Below are positions 45,076 through 55,367 of a stretch of 64,000 nt of DNA, piece after piece; position 1 is the stretch's first letter, and the number at the start of each line of letters is the position of its first letter. The notes below the pieces were generated by a model. It was not told the origin of the DNA, made no database searches, and worked only from the letters and a program-made list of their open reading frames with translations. Origin of the DNA: a virus (taxonomy: Duplodnaviria > Caudoviricetes); IMG/VR virus record IMGVR_UViG_3300011858_000030, positions 1-64,000 of that record. The stretch is one strand, 5' to 3'. A program made the translations under genes and the position numbers.

Positions 45076-48000
45076 CAGCCCTGCCCCCTTGGCGTGCGCT
45101 TAACGTTCAAATTGCTGGTAATGGCTTGGCTTGCTGGTCCACCATTATTCATGTCAGCGATGAATGCATCGATGGTCCATGTACCGTCACTGCCCTGCGT
45201 AGCCTGTGCATCGACAGACGCTGAAGAGTAATTGTTGATATTCAAAATCACCCCGCCACCGCCTCCGGCAGTCATCTCCTTGTTGCTGATCACCCTGCCG
45301 TTGTCGCCCGGTATCATGTACTGCTTACCGGTACTGGCCTGGTAAATCTCCGGCATGCCACCTTCGCCTACCTGGTACATACCGCCAGCCGTCACCGGCC
45401 CGCCGTTTTTACGTTTACCGAGAAGGTTAGCACCAATAACGCCCGCAACCGCACCGAGACCGATAGCCGCCGCTGTTCCCATTGAGGCAATGGAGGATAG
45501 GATAGCCGCCGGAGTCCATGCCGCAGCGGTTGTCGCTGCCGCTGCTGTGCTGGTAGCCGTCTGCGTGGCCACTGCCGCCGTCTGCACTGCTGTCACTGTG
45601 CCGATAGCCGCCGTTTGTGCCGCCTGGCCCATGATGGCTGACTTGACCCACTCAACGCCCATCTGCACGAAGGTATTAACCAGGCTGTTGAGAACCGTGC
45701 TACCAAGAGATCGCATTGCATCACTAGCCGTCATGCTGCCGGTGATAATTCCCGTTAATGCGTTGGAGGCATTTCCTGCTAGCGCATCGATTGAAGCCGC
45801 CAGCGCTTCATTGCCCGCGCTCTGGTTACGGAAGATCTCCCACTGTGCAGCGATGCGCGCCTGCTCGTACTCCCTGTCAGCGTTAGCACGCAGCATAAGG
45901 GCGTTCTGGTGAGTGATAATCCCCTGCTGCTCGTATGACTGAATAAGCGCGAGTTTACGGGCATTTTCATTCGCCAGTTGCTGCACTGGGTCCACGCCGC
46001 CAGCAGCTTCCTGCTGCGGGCTGACGGCCTGATCGGCACGGATTTTCGCAAGGTTGGCCTGGTGGGTTGCTTCCAGTCTCTCAGATGTCTGATTGAACTG
46101 CTCCTGACTGATTTTCTTCGCAGCCAGAGCGGTATTCAGATCCTCAACATCCTGCTTATAGCTGGCGTTTTCTCGCGCTTCTGGCAGGAGCTTCTCGGCT
46201 GCCGCCTGCGCCTTAATGGCATTGGCCGTATCCCATTTCTCTGCAGCATACTGCCGGGCCTGTGCGATCTGGGCCTGAGTCGCACCTTTCCCAAGAGATT
46301 GCTCGGCATTGAGCATAGCCTGCTCGCGGCTGAGTTCTTGAGTTGACCCCGCCGCCAGTTCTGCTTGCTGTTTCAGGTTCGCCAGCTTCTGAGCAACAGA
46401 TTCAGCAGAAGACGCTGATTTTTTCCCCTGTTGCTCACTCTCTTGTTGAGCTTTTTTTCTGGCTTCTTCGGCCTTTTGCAAGTCGTAGTTTTCTCCAGCA
46501 AGCTTTCCAGCTGATGATATCTGATTCTTGTTATCAGTTACCTTGGCGGCTTGCATTTGAGCTTTAACAACGGCTCTTTGTCGCTCATCCTGAATTTTAA
46601 GAAGTTCGTTTTGCTCCTCAAGATTGAGGATGAGCTTATCGCCCTCTTTCGTGGCCGGAGAAATTTGCAGTGCTTTCGGATCAAAATTCTGCCCTGCCTG
46701 ATTGGCCCGGTTTATTTCATCAGCTGTATCACCAAAGGCTTTCGCTACCGCACCCTGAACTTGCTCAAGAGACCAGGATTTTTCGATGAGTTGATCATGA
46801 ACGCCCATCGCCGTAAGCATGTTGTTCGTGAGTGTGCGAGTCGCCTCAGACGCGGTTTCTTCTGTCCGGGATAATTTATCCTTTGCGGCCTCAAGATCTC
46901 GCGTCTTGCGAGCCAGTTCATCAGACACTTCCGCCTGTTGGCGGGCAAAATCTGTACCTTGCCCCATAGATTCAGCAACTTTCTGCGCTGCAGGGGTAAA
47001 GTTCTGATACCTGTCTCTCAGAGAGTCAACTTCACTCTGCAGATCAGCAACAGCTTCTTTCTGAGCTCGTATAGAATTATTGGCATCAGCAATAGCTCCG
47101 CGGAGCTGCGTGTTCGACATTGCATTCATGGCAGCATTGAGCTTATCCAGCCCATCGGCAAAGGCGATTGCCTCCTCTTTTGCCTGCTGGGCTTTCTGCC
47201 AGAAATAGAAGATCGCTCCGGCTGCGAGCATAGCAGCACCAGCAGGACCACCTATGAGAGCAAGCGCACCACGCGCCATTCCAATACCTATGGACGCTGC
47301 ACGAGCAGCTGTCGCCGCACGGGCCGACGCAGCAGCCTGGGCAGTTTCAGCCTCCGCAAGAGCAAGAGACGCGGTAGTAGCCCGTGTTTTTGCGGCCACA
47401 AGAGCATCCATTGCCAGCATTTCTGCAGCACTACCTTTTGCCACGTTATATTCAGCCTGGGCCAGCGCGAGAGAAGATAGAGCAGCCTCTTTATCAGCAA
47501 GAGCCTTACGCTGAACAGAATTAGCAGCAACCAAAGCAGCCTGTGCCGTCTGATTGTCTGCTACGACCTGCTGACGAGATGCTGCGATATCTGCAATTTT
47601 CGCAGAGGTGGCCATGGTCAGCGCACCGACATACCGCGCACCCATTACGCCGGCAACAATCGTGAGCGTAGTGCTGAGAACGTCCAGGTTTTCACTTAGA
47701 GATATGACTGAGTCACTGAATATTTTGACGCCAGTTTTTACAGTGGCATTCTCGCCAAAGAACTTCGTGATGTTGTTGTTGGCAATTTCAAGAGACTGGC
47801 TGATCGTTGCAGTAGTTTTAGCGAACTCCTGTCCAATTTTATCGCCCTGGGAGAGTAATCCATTCACGATCACATCAGTGGTTAACTTACCCTCTGCAGC
47901 CATGTTTCTGAGCGCCCCAATGCTGACATTCATGGAGTCAGCAAGAGCAATCATGAGCCGGTTACCCTGCTCATTCACAGAGTTAAATTCATCGCCTCTT

Positions 48001-48557
48001 AGAGCTCCGGACGCCAGACCTTGAGCAAGCTGGATGATTGCGTTGCTTGCCTCCTCCGCTGTTGCCCCTGATACCACGAAACCCTGGTTAATAATGGTTG
48101 TCAGCCTCGTGATGTCCTCTACACTGACGCCATAACTCCTTGTTGATCGCTCGAGACGTGCATAGAGAGTGGCCGTCGCATCGAGACCTGAACGAGTCTT
48201 TTGAGAGATGTCAAAAACACGTTCTGTGACATCAGCCAGTGTTTCAAACGGCGGTACGGAATCCCTGACGGCGTTTGCCAGTTTATTACTCAGGTCCTGC
48301 CATGCCTGGGCATATGCGCCAACCTGTTGTACAGAAAGAGCAGCTATGAGCGCTTTCGCGACACCAGTTAAGCTTGACATAGTGCCTTCAATCGAAGACA
48401 GGGATCGCTCAGTGCGATTTAACCCAGCCTCAAGACGACCCATGCTGCCGTTAAGCCCATTCAAAGCGGCATCAATATCCCGGCGTCCCTGAAGGATCCC
48501 GGCGGTGTCCATGTCAACTTCATAAACAATCGTTCCAGCGCTGACAGTACCAGCCAT
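45075..48557 (-). CDS. Tape measure protein of outer siphovirus
   Basis: 1160 aa; tape_meas domain QLAQGLASGALRGDEFNSVNEQ; C-terminal GGPV..G.MYQVGEGG.PE. Confidence 0.93.
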   Translation of the reverse strand: MAGTVSAGTIVYEVDMDTAGILQGRRDIDAALNGLNGSMGRLEAGLNRTERSLSSIEGTMSSLTGVAKALIAALSVQQVGAYAQAWQDLSNKLANAVRDSVPPFETLADVTERVFDISQKTRSGLDATATLYARLERSTRSYGVSVEDITRLTTIINQGFVVSGATAEEASNAIIQLAQGLASGALRGDEFNSVNEQGNRLMIALADSMNVSIGALRNMAAEGKLTTDVIVNGLLSQGDKIGQEFAKTTATISQSLEIANNNITKFFGENATVKTGVKIFSDSVISLSENLDVLSTTLTIVAGVMGARYVGALTMATSAKIADIAASRQQVVADNQTAQAALVAANSVQRKALADKEAALSSLALAQAEYNVAKGSAAEMLAMDALVAAKTRATTASLALAEAETAQAAASARAATAARAASIGIGMARGALALIGGPAGAAMLAAGAIFYFWQKAQQAKEEAIAFADGLDKLNAAMNAMSNTQLRGAIADANNSIRAQKEAVADLQSEVDSLRDRYQNFTPAAQKVAESMGQGTDFARQQAEVSDELARKTRDLEAAKDKLSRTEETASEATRTLTNNMLTAMGVHDQLIEKSWSLEQVQGAVAKAFGDTADEINRANQAGQNFDPKALQISPATKEGDKLILNLEEQNELLKIQDERQRAVVKAQMQAAKVTDNKNQISSAGKLAGENYDLQKAEEARKKAQQESEQQGKKSASSAESVAQKLANLKQQAELAAGSTQELSREQAMLNAEQSLGKGATQAQIAQARQYAAEKWDTANAIKAQAAAEKLLPEARENASYKQDVEDLNTALAAKKISQEQFNQTSERLEATHQANLAKIRADQAVSPQQEAAGGVDPVQQLANENARKLALIQSYEQQGIITHQNALMLRANADREYEQARIAAQWEIFRNQSAGNEALAASIDALAGNASNALTGIITGSMTASDAMRSLGSTVLNSLVNTFVQMGVEWVKSAIMGQAAQTAAIGTVTAVQTAAVATQTATSTAAAATTAAAWTPAAILSSIASMGTAAAIGLGAVAGVIGANLLGKRKNGGPVTAGGMYQVGEGGMPEIYQASTGKQYMIPGDNGRVISNKEMTAGGGGGVILNINNYSSASVDAQATQGSDGTWTIDAFIADMNNGGPASQAITSNLNVKRTPRGQG

Positions 48558-48576
48558 AATCTAATCTCCGGGCAAT

Positions 48577-48600
48577 AAAAAACCCCGCCTGAGCGAGGTT
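48577..48600 (-). terminator. Intrinsic terminator
   Basis: - strand AACCTCGC-TCAG-GCGGGGTT-TTTT. Confidence 0.65.
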
Positions 48601-48618
48601 GTTTTGGTGTGTTCTTTT

Positions 48619-49296
48619 TTACTTGGCCCGTTCCGCCCGGGCTAATCGCTTCGCTTTCTTCGCCATGTAATCATCGGCGATCGCATCGTACTCATCGCGA
48701 GTGAAGCCTTTCTGCTCCGGGTATTTTGCCGACAGAAGCATCTGAAATTCGGTCATCGTTAACTGAGAGGCTTCTTCGCGGATCATGCCGAAATGAGTAC
48801 GCGCCGCGCTGATGTAGTCGAAGGCTTTAAATTCGTTAGTTCTCGCACCTGTTTCGTGGCGCTGCAGCTGGCGAACCTTTGCCTTTCCGACGACGCCGTG
48901 CTGCATGAGGTGCTGCGCCAGCACGATGATGTCGTTCTTCGGCATTTGCCCTGGTCGGTAGACGACGCAATGCCGCCACCCTTTCCATTCTCCGATCATC
49001 GGTGTCAGGTCGTCATCGCAGCACGCCTGCAGCACCAGCATGCACGTTGATAACAGCTTCTCGGCAGCGCGGTTGAATGATGGGGCCAGCCATTCAGGAA
49101 AACGCCCCAGCGTGCCAGCGCACACATCAATGAGTTGAGCGACATCATTGCCATGAATAGTGGCGTACGCCTGCACAATCTCTTCCGGATTGCCGATCCT
49201 CGTCATAGCCTCGAATGAAGGTCGCAACAGGTAATCTTTCCCGCCTTCGCGGCTGTCGCTGATAGAGAGTTCGCCAATATCGGTTAAAGCGGTCAT
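48619..49296 (-). CDS. Tail assembly chaperone (DUF6246-like)
   Basis: Between tube and TMP; EASQLTMTEFQMLL C-terminal chaperone motif. Confidence 0.75.
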   Translation of the reverse strand: MTALTDIGELSISDSREGGKDYLLRPSFEAMTRIGNPEEIVQAYATIHGNDVAQLIDVCAGTLGRFPEWLAPSFNRAAEKLLSTCMLVLQACCDDDLTPMIGEWKGWRHCVVYRPGQMPKNDIIVLAQHLMQHGVVGKAKVRQLQRHETGARTNEFKAFDYISAARTHFGMIREEASQLTMTEFQMLLSAKYPEQKGFTRDEYDAIADDYMAKKAKRLARAERAK

Positions 49297-49353
49297 AGGC
49301 CTTCCAGTAAACGGTCATTATCAAGGGCAGCACGCCGCCCTTTGGAATGTCCG

Positions 49354-50097
49354 TTAGGTAACGGTAACCGTATGCACGGCCACAAAGTTGCCATCTTCGG
49401 TGTTGATGATGATCTGCGCGCTGCCGGTGGCAACACGCGTCACGGTAACGGTGTTGCCGGAGGCGGTGGCCGTTGCTTTGGTCGCGTCGGTAGTCGCCAC
49501 AGTGAATTGTTTGTTGGTAGCGCCGGTTGGTGCGATGTTCACCGTGAAAGTGCTGGTGCCGCCTGCCGTGCCGGTGCTGGTTGTCGGCGTTACCGTCACG
49601 CCAGTCACCGCTACCGCAGTGATTTCGTTCACTTCGATAGTGCTTGCATCACCTACTTTGAACTCAGTAGAGAACGTGACGATGTCGTTGGTGCCACCGT
49701 CAGAGCTCAGCGCCGTGATGTTCATATATCCGACGAATTCGACCGGGCCGTAGTCCATGCGCACCCAGATCCCAGGCTGGCGCTTGGCCTTCAGCTCGTC
49801 AGCGAAATACTTGATGAATTTGCCGACACCGTACTGATCCAGCTTATCCTTCTTGCGCACTTCACCCTCAAAGCTCAGGGTGAAATCACTGTTGGTGATG
49901 ATGGTCTCGACATAGCCGCCGCCGTCATCCGCATCAGAGGTAACCGAGTTAGGGTTGAAGTCGAAGCCCTTCGACGTACCAGCGGCCAGCGCCATCCACT
50001 CACCTTCGAGTGGTTTGACGTCCGGGCAGCCATCGGCGACTTCCAGCACGACCGCACCGCCGAACAGGCGCTCGTTCGAGTTCTGGCAATTAGCCAT
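49354..50097 (-). CDS. Major tail tube protein with C-terminal Ig-like domain
   Basis: TSKGFDF..TSDADD, FSTEF; VTGVTVTPTT...ATNK Big_2-like tail. Confidence 0.85.
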   Translation of the reverse strand: MANCQNSNERLFGGAVVLEVADGCPDVKPLEGEWMALAAGTSKGFDFNPNSVTSDADDGGGYVETIITNSDFTLSFEGEVRKKDKLDQYGVGKFIKYFADELKAKRQPGIWVRMDYGPVEFVGYMNITALSSDGGTNDIVTFSTEFKVGDASTIEVNEITAVAVTGVTVTPTTSTGTAGGTSTFTVNIAPTGATNKQFTVATTDATKATATASGNTVTVTRVATGSAQIIINTEDGNFVAVHTVTVT

Positions 50098-50119
50098 GTG
50101 AAACTCCTCTTTGACGTAT

Positions 50120-50144
50120 AAAAGAAAACCCGCCGGAGCGGGTT
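50120..50144 (-). terminator. Intrinsic terminator
   Basis: - strand AACCCGC-TCCG-GCGGGTT-TTCTTTT. Confidence 0.65.
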
Positions 50145-50160
50145 ATTTGGTTGGGAATGG

Positions 50161-50544
50161 CTAGTCGCCAAACGTGCAGGCAAATTGCAATCGGAAGACT
50201 ATTCGCCCTTCTTCTGTGAGCACCGGCGCGGGAATTGCGCCCATGTTCTGGATGTAGCCAACGCACTCGTCAGCCATGGGGTTAGCCTTGACGTAATCGA
50301 CGATGCGGTTAGCTGCCTCCAGCGCCGCTTTGCGCTTATCTTTTGCGCCGACGACGTCGACCAGAACGTGGTATTCGGACCCGAGATTGGTTCGAATATT
50401 CGAACCGCCGTTTGGCCTGAATACCATGATCGCCTTCGACAGGTCGCCTGGGTCGTCATACATCAGCTGCTGCACCGTGAAGCCATTCGTTAACCCGGCA
50501 TCACCGAACATGTTTCTCACCCGTTCATGCATCATGGGCGTCAT
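50161..50544 (-). CDS. Tail terminator-like protein
   Basis: Position before tube; 127 aa. Confidence 0.7.
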   Translation of the reverse strand: MTPMMHERVRNMFGDAGLTNGFTVQQLMYDDPGDLSKAIMVFRPNGGSNIRTNLGSEYHVLVDVVGAKDKRKAALEAANRIVDYVKANPMADECVGYIQNMGAIPAPVLTEEGRIVFRLQFACTFGD

Positions 50545-50909
50545 AACGACATCTCCTTGGCGATCACCGCATCAATCTGGCTGCGGGTATCCTCAAAGCC
50601 TTTGGTCAGGAACTCTTTCCGCGCGGTGGCCCGGCGGAAGGTCTGAGGCACATTCGGATCGTGAACGAAAATCGCGTAATTAGCGGAGTAGCCCACACGA
50701 CCAGTCACCCGACTACCTTTCACGGTTATGTCGCGAAACTGGCTGTTTAGCAGCGTTGAAGTGTCGATTGGCGTATACAGCGCGGCCTGTGAACCGCCGA
50801 TAATTAGCGCTGACTGGATGGCCCTCACTACCTTGCGCCCCTGAATGTCCTGAATGATTCGATTCAGATTAGCCTTCGCCTCGCGCATTCCACGTACTTT
50901 TCCCGCCAT
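50541..50909 (-). CDS. HK97 gp10-like neck protein
   Basis: TPIDTSTLLNSQ, GYSANYAIFVH, EFL.KG. Confidence 0.78.
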   Translation of the reverse strand: MAGKVRGMREAKANLNRIIQDIQGRKVVRAIQSALIIGGSQAALYTPIDTSTLLNSQFRDITVKGSRVTGRVGYSANYAIFVHDPNVPQTFRRATARKEFLTKGFEDTRSQIDAVIAKEMSL

Positions 50910-50911
50910 GG

Positions 50912-51268
50912 CTACACTCCCGTAATTATTGCCCAGTCGTCTTCCATGCCTTCCAGCGTGTCGTTCCAGCGCGTAACGTGGCGAACCTCATCAGCTCCTG
51001 CAACTACCGGGTCTGTTTCAGTGCTCACACCAATCAGGATGTAGTCGCCTTCATCAGCCAGCGCGTACGCCGTGAAAAAGGTGTTTTTGACAACAACCTC
51101 TTTACCGAGTGAGCCGAGCTTTGCCGACATGCCGCCGATGTAGTCGCACATGATGGTTTCAGGAGGCTCATAAGCTGAAATCGGGTCCCCGTACTCATCG
51201 TTGCCGCCCGCACCTTTGCGCCACAGGGTGCAGGGTTTGTTGTATGACCATTGTCCCGCTGAACTCAT
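50912..51268 (-). CDS. Head closure / head-tail joining protein
   Basis: Synteny, 118 aa. Confidence 0.68.
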   Translation of the reverse strand: MSSAGQWSYNKPCTLWRKGAGGNDEYGDPISAYEPPETIMCDYIGGMSAKLGSLGKEVVVKNTFFTAYALADEGDYILIGVSTETDPVVAGADEVRHVTRWNDTLEGMEDDWAIITGV

Positions 51269-51435
51269 TCACGCCACCTCAGCACCTTCGCGCCTGTCGC
51301 CCGGATGCGCGGGCAGTTGATATGCCACTCGCCGTCCGATTTCACGTAGCCGGTAGTCTCCCGCCCTGTGTCAGTCATCACCCAGACTCGGGTGAACGAG
51401 CACGGCAGGCCGTGCTTAACTGATTTGTACGTCAT
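51265..51435 (-). CDS. Small hypothetical protein (56 aa, below ORF-track cutoff)
   Basis: Manual translation MTYKSVKHGLPCSFTRVWVMTDTGRETTGYVKSDGEW...RWRE*; overlaps both neighbours. Confidence 0.6.
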   Translation of the reverse strand: MTYKSVKHGLPCSFTRVWVMTDTGRETTGYVKSDGEWHINCPRIRATGAKVLRWRE

Positions 51436-51815
51436 CAGCAGCCCCCGACTACCATGAACAAGCCGACACTGTTACCTGCACTGATCGGCAGCTCACCGGT
51501 GCAGCCGCTGGTATCGAGCCTGGCCAGCGAGTCACGCAACCAGGTAATACTGTCAGCACCGTAATCGAATGAGCGGGACGCGCCAGACGGCGCACCCTGC
51601 GATTTGATGCGGCGCGCGCCGGAAGACGTAGCCATAAGCGCGGCGGCGTACATCAGGATCAGCTTAGCGGTGCAGTCGTCATAGCCAGCACCATCGAGGC
51701 ACGGGATAATCTTGTTCACCACGCAGAGAATCGGATCCAGCAGTGCGCCCGGAATGGAGTAACCCAATTCACCGAGGAACGCCTGCACGTCTGCCGCTGT
51801 GATTGGGTCAGCCAT
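51435..51815 (-). CDS. Head-tail connector protein
   Basis: IKSQGAPSGASRSF, LDTSGC motifs; follows capsid module. Confidence 0.72.
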   Translation of the reverse strand: MADPITAADVQAFLGELGYSIPGALLDPILCVVNKIIPCLDGAGYDDCTAKLILMYAAALMATSSGARRIKSQGAPSGASRSFDYGADSITWLRDSLARLDTSGCTGELPISAGNSVGLFMVVGGC

Positions 51816-51817
51816 GG

Positions 51818-52183
51818 TTATTTCGCCTTCTTGATAGCTTCTTCCAGTGCTGCTTCGGCCTCATCAGCACGTTTTGTTTCTACTGCCATCGCGTCGGCGT
51901 GAGCCTTGTCTTTTGCTTCACCATCGGCGATTAGCTTTTGGTTCTGCTCCAGCGCGTCGGCGAGTTGCTTTTGCAGGCCAGAAAGGTCTGCCGCCTGCGC
52001 GGACGGAGTTGACACTTCGAAGGAAAGCTTCTCGCCTTTCTTCTTGTCAGTGTCCTTTGCTTTGCCAGACGCCTTCCAGCGCGCTGCTGTTGCATCGTCC
52101 ACTTCTACGATCGCACCAACCTCCAGTTTGCGGAGGTTGGCACCGGCGAAGACGTTACCTGCTGTGATTTCTACCAGTGCCAT
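51818..52183 (-). CDS. Hypothetical head-associated protein
   Basis: Directly after the capsid gene; coiled-coil C-terminus. Confidence 0.6.
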   Translation of the reverse strand: MALVEITAGNVFAGANLRKLEVGAIVEVDDATAARWKASGKAKDTDKKKGEKLSFEVSTPSAQAADLSGLQKQLADALEQNQKLIADGEAKDKAHADAMAVETKRADEAEAALEEAIKKAK

Positions 52184-52194
52184 TCAATTTCTCC

Positions 52195-53280
52195 TTAGCT
52201 GCTCGCGAAGAGCACGCCATGTTTGAGGTTGATATCCTGCTTGACCATCAGGCCCATAGCGCCCCAGGTGCGCCAGATGTAGTCGCTGTTATAGAACTGA
52301 CGAGGGTCAGCAACAGTGCCCACAGCCTGGCCAGTGATCGGAGCGATAACGCCGGCAGTCAAAGGAACAACCAAAATCTGGTTACCTGTGAGTTCGGCGT
52401 CTTCTTTCACTGCGGCAATGCCGGACAGCTTCAGGATTTCCTGCAGGATGGTACCGGACTGGTAATTGTCGCTGAAATAGCGCTCCCAGTTGGACATGAT
52501 CTCGCTGGATACGTACCAGGTCTGCGGCGCGTACTGGTTATTGGTGATCTTCATGGTGTCACGCAGGGCGATCGCACCGTCTCGGTTCTGTTCTGCGGTT
52601 GTAGTGCGGCTGGAGAAGTCGATGTTCAGGCCAGATGCACCCAGATCAACCTGGCCGACGCGCTCATCGTTCTTCAGGCCTTTCCACGTTTTTCCATCGA
52701 AGGTAACGAAGTTGCCTTCCGAGTCGCGGAAACCGTTGAACATGTAGTCCACGATTTTACGGCGCACATCATCAACAGAGCCCCGCTGCGCATCGGCAAG
52801 TGATGCCAGTGCTGACCCTTTGTTGAAGATTGGATCACGCCAGTGGAACTTGAAGCCGCTGTCGTGCACTGGAACCATGGTGCCGTCAAAGCTGTACGCG
52901 CGAGCATCCAGCGCCGCACCGATCTGGCCTGACATGGAAGTGTGAGCCCAGCCACGACCTCCGGTACGCGCATATTCATACACTGACTCTTCCAGGCGGA
53001 CAGAGCGAGACAATGGCATCAGGTCGTTGAAAAGGGTGAATTCGGTGTTCGGCTCGAACTGTGCCAGTACCGTCTGATCGTACGCTCGGTACATGCGGCG
53101 GATATCGTCGACAGCGTTCACCGCGTCCAGATGTCCGTTTTCACCGAAGCGAGCACGGGCAATGAAGTCAGCGACAGACTGCGCACTCATGTTGCGCGCC
53201 ATCTCCAGCTCGCGGAACTGTGCCTGGTTGACTTCGAGGTTACCGGTGCGTTCACCGATAGAGCGAGAAAATACAAGCAT
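52195..53280 (-). CDS. Major capsid protein of outer siphovirus
   Basis: 361 aa after scaffold and decoration genes; HK97-fold-like features (PVHDSGF..WR, GLKN). Confidence 0.82.
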   Translation of the reverse strand: MLVFSRSIGERTGNLEVNQAQFRELEMARNMSAQSVADFIARARFGENGHLDAVNAVDDIRRMYRAYDQTVLAQFEPNTEFTLFNDLMPLSRSVRLEESVYEYARTGGRGWAHTSMSGQIGAALDARAYSFDGTMVPVHDSGFKFHWRDPIFNKGSALASLADAQRGSVDDVRRKIVDYMFNGFRDSEGNFVTFDGKTWKGLKNDERVGQVDLGASGLNIDFSSRTTTAEQNRDGAIALRDTMKITNNQYAPQTWYVSSEIMSNWERYFSDNYQSGTILQEILKLSGIAAVKEDAELTGNQILVVPLTAGVIAPITGQAVGTVADPRQFYNSDYIWRTWGAMGLMVKQDINLKHGVLFASS

Positions 53281-53291
53281 TCAGGTGCTCC

Positions 53292-53723
53292 TTACTTGAT
53301 AACGACGCGCAGCAGATCGCCTGCAGCAACGGTGTACGCCGTGTCTTCTTCGACATATGCGCGGATGGACTCGCCAGAAGCGTGGGCTTTCACCTGGCCG
53401 TTTGCGATGGATAAAGGTTGGCCTTTTTTGTACGTGCCGGCAGCGGCTCGCACGTTCAGGAACATGCCCGGCATCGGATGGATGCCAACCACCAACTCAT
53501 TCACAGGGATTGAGTCGTCAACCGTCTGGCAGCGAAGATAATCAAAGTCAGCGACATAGAGGATCGCCTCTTCGTTGCCATCAACCGAGGCCGTGAACTT
53601 GGCGGCGGAGAAGAAGCCAACAGTACCTGGCTTGGTGGCGGCCGCCGCGGCACCTTCACGGTTAAGCAGCGGATTAGGGAATACGCCACCGGCGTGAATT
53701 ACGTGTTTTCCGTCTTTAGCCAT
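53292..53723 (-). CDS. Head decoration protein
   Basis: 143 aa between protease and capsid genes. Confidence 0.65.
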   Translation of the reverse strand: MAKDGKHVIHAGGVFPNPLLNREGAAAAATKPGTVGFFSAAKFTASVDGNEEAILYVADFDYLRCQTVDDSIPVNELVVGIHPMPGMFLNVRAAAGTYKKGQPLSIANGQVKAHASGESIRAYVEEDTAYTVAAGDLLRVVIK

Positions 53724-53726
53724 TTT

Positions 53727-55112
53727 TTACTCCGGCATTTCGCTGACTGATTGGGTGTTGGCAGCCTGACGGAATGCACCGTTCAGGCCGAAGGAGGTTT
53801 GGCACTTGGCATACATGGCGTCGAGCGCCTTGCCGTCCAGATCTGCGACTTCTTCATCGCTCATGTTCATCGCCAGCTTCACAGTCGCGCGCTTTTCGCC
53901 TTTCTCATTGTCGACGTTCGCGTTCAGGCTGTTGAAAACGACGTCCACGCGATCGGCAAGTGCTTTCGCCCACGCTGGCATCTCTTCGTTATTGGTGGCC
54001 TGCTCTTTTTTCTTTGGCTTTCCGGTTTCCGGGTCGATTTCTTCATCGCCTTTTTTCTTGGCGGTGGCTTCTTCGGCCTTCATCTGGTTGTATGCGTCCA
54101 TCAGCTCGGCGTCGGACTTGCCTTCAGTCGGCTTACCAGCGGCTTGCAGCGCATTGATAATCAGTTCTTTCATCGGATCGTTCTCTCCGTTGGTTTTAAT
54201 CTCGTACTCAGTGGGTTTGCGCACGACTTCTACAGGTTCGCCGACGAACACGGCCTTGCCGTCGTCATCGATGAGGTACTTCTGCTTCAGATATTTGGTG
54301 TCATTGCGGTAGATGAAGCTGTCCGGCCACACCGTTTCAGGCCAAAGCCACTTATCTTCGTCGTCACCCTCGCGCAGCTTGTCGCTGATGGCTCGGGAGA
54401 TGTCGTCAAAAGAGAAGTTGGAGGCATTGGTGAAGAAGAATTTGGTTTTGTTGATCAGGCCGTCGCGAGTGCAGTCGATACCATCAGCCAGGCGGGCAAC
54501 TTCGATCTGCTGCTCATCACCTTCTGAGTTAACGAAGATGCCTACGCCCTCCTCCGGCGTTCCGGCGCCAGGCTCATCAAGCAGCACCGCCACATGGTCA
54601 AACATCATGTTGGTGGCGATTTCGTTGTACTTCTTGCCCTTCGACTCGCCGTTGGCGGCGATACCGGAATACAGCAGGCCGGTGGAGATGTGGATTGGGT
54701 CGGAGTTGGTACCGGCCAGCATCTCATCCAGACGGTTAATCAGGCGCTTGCCCTTGTCGCTCGACTCGGCGTACTGGCGGTTAACAAACATGTCACCCGT
54801 CACCTTCCCGTCTTTATGGCTGACGTTCTGCAGCCAGGCCCCGACGTGGTACTCGTTCACCGCCCGGACATCGCGCGCAGACACATGCTTGCCGTCCACT
54901 TTCGGGTGGCCCAGCGGCATTGGATTACGCTCAAGCGTGTTGTAGGCCTTTTCGATTTCTGCTGCCGGGTACAACTTCCGGTTCATCACGATATCGTCCA
55001 CGACAGGCGTGATGCCGCGAACCACGATATGTGGCTTGCCGTCGATGGTTTCAGTGGTGATGTTTGAAGCGGAGTTGACGACGGTCAGCACGTTAACGCG
55101 GTTGCGTTTCAT
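53727..55112 (-). CDS. Capsid maturation protease / scaffold (DUF2213-like)
   Basis: MPLGHP, ISTGL, FDHVAVLLDEPGA motifs; charged C-terminal scaffold. Confidence 0.8.
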   Translation of the reverse strand: MKRNRVNVLTVVNSASNITTETIDGKPHIVVRGITPVVDDIVMNRKLYPAAEIEKAYNTLERNPMPLGHPKVDGKHVSARDVRAVNEYHVGAWLQNVSHKDGKVTGDMFVNRQYAESSDKGKRLINRLDEMLAGTNSDPIHISTGLLYSGIAANGESKGKKYNEIATNMMFDHVAVLLDEPGAGTPEEGVGIFVNSEGDEQQIEVARLADGIDCTRDGLINKTKFFFTNASNFSFDDISRAISDKLREGDDEDKWLWPETVWPDSFIYRNDTKYLKQKYLIDDDGKAVFVGEPVEVVRKPTEYEIKTNGENDPMKELIINALQAAGKPTEGKSDAELMDAYNQMKAEEATAKKKGDEEIDPETGKPKKKEQATNNEEMPAWAKALADRVDVVFNSLNANVDNEKGEKRATVKLAMNMSDEEVADLDGKALDAMYAKCQTSFGLNGAFRQAANTQSVSEMPE

Positions 55113-55124
55113 GCTGGGTCCTCG

Positions 55125-55307
55125 TTATTGGATGGTTTTGTGTAACGCTCTGACGATGGTTTTTACCTGGCGCACGTTGCCGCGGCCTTGTGACTTGATG
55201 ACCTTGCGATCGCCTACCTGCTTCATCATCGCTTCGATGCCGCCGATCTTAACGTGCGTGCATGAGATATCGCCAAGTCGCTTTGATTCGAAATAAATGC
55301 CGCTCAT
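55125..55307 (-). CDS. Small hypothetical protein
   Basis: 60 aa, RBS GAGG, fills the gap after a terminator. Confidence 0.5.
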   Translation of the reverse strand: MSGIYFESKRLGDISCTHVKIGGIEAMMKQVGDRKVIKSQGRGNVRQVKTIVRALHKTIQ

Positions 55308-55336
55308 ATGGGCCTCATTGGTGGATTTCAGGCAAT

Positions 55337-55360
55337 AAAAAAGGCCGCCGGAGCGACCTT
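55337..55360 (-). terminator. Intrinsic terminator after HNH gene
   Basis: - strand AAGGTCGC-TCCG-GCGGCCTT-TTTT. Confidence 0.65.
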
Positions 55361-55367
55361 GTTGTAT

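Noticed and set aside
53751-54527. Long + strand ORFs opposite structural genes (also 29312-30043 and 52177-52803)
   Set aside because: They are antisense shadows of GC-rich coding genes with no recognisable motifs or RBS.
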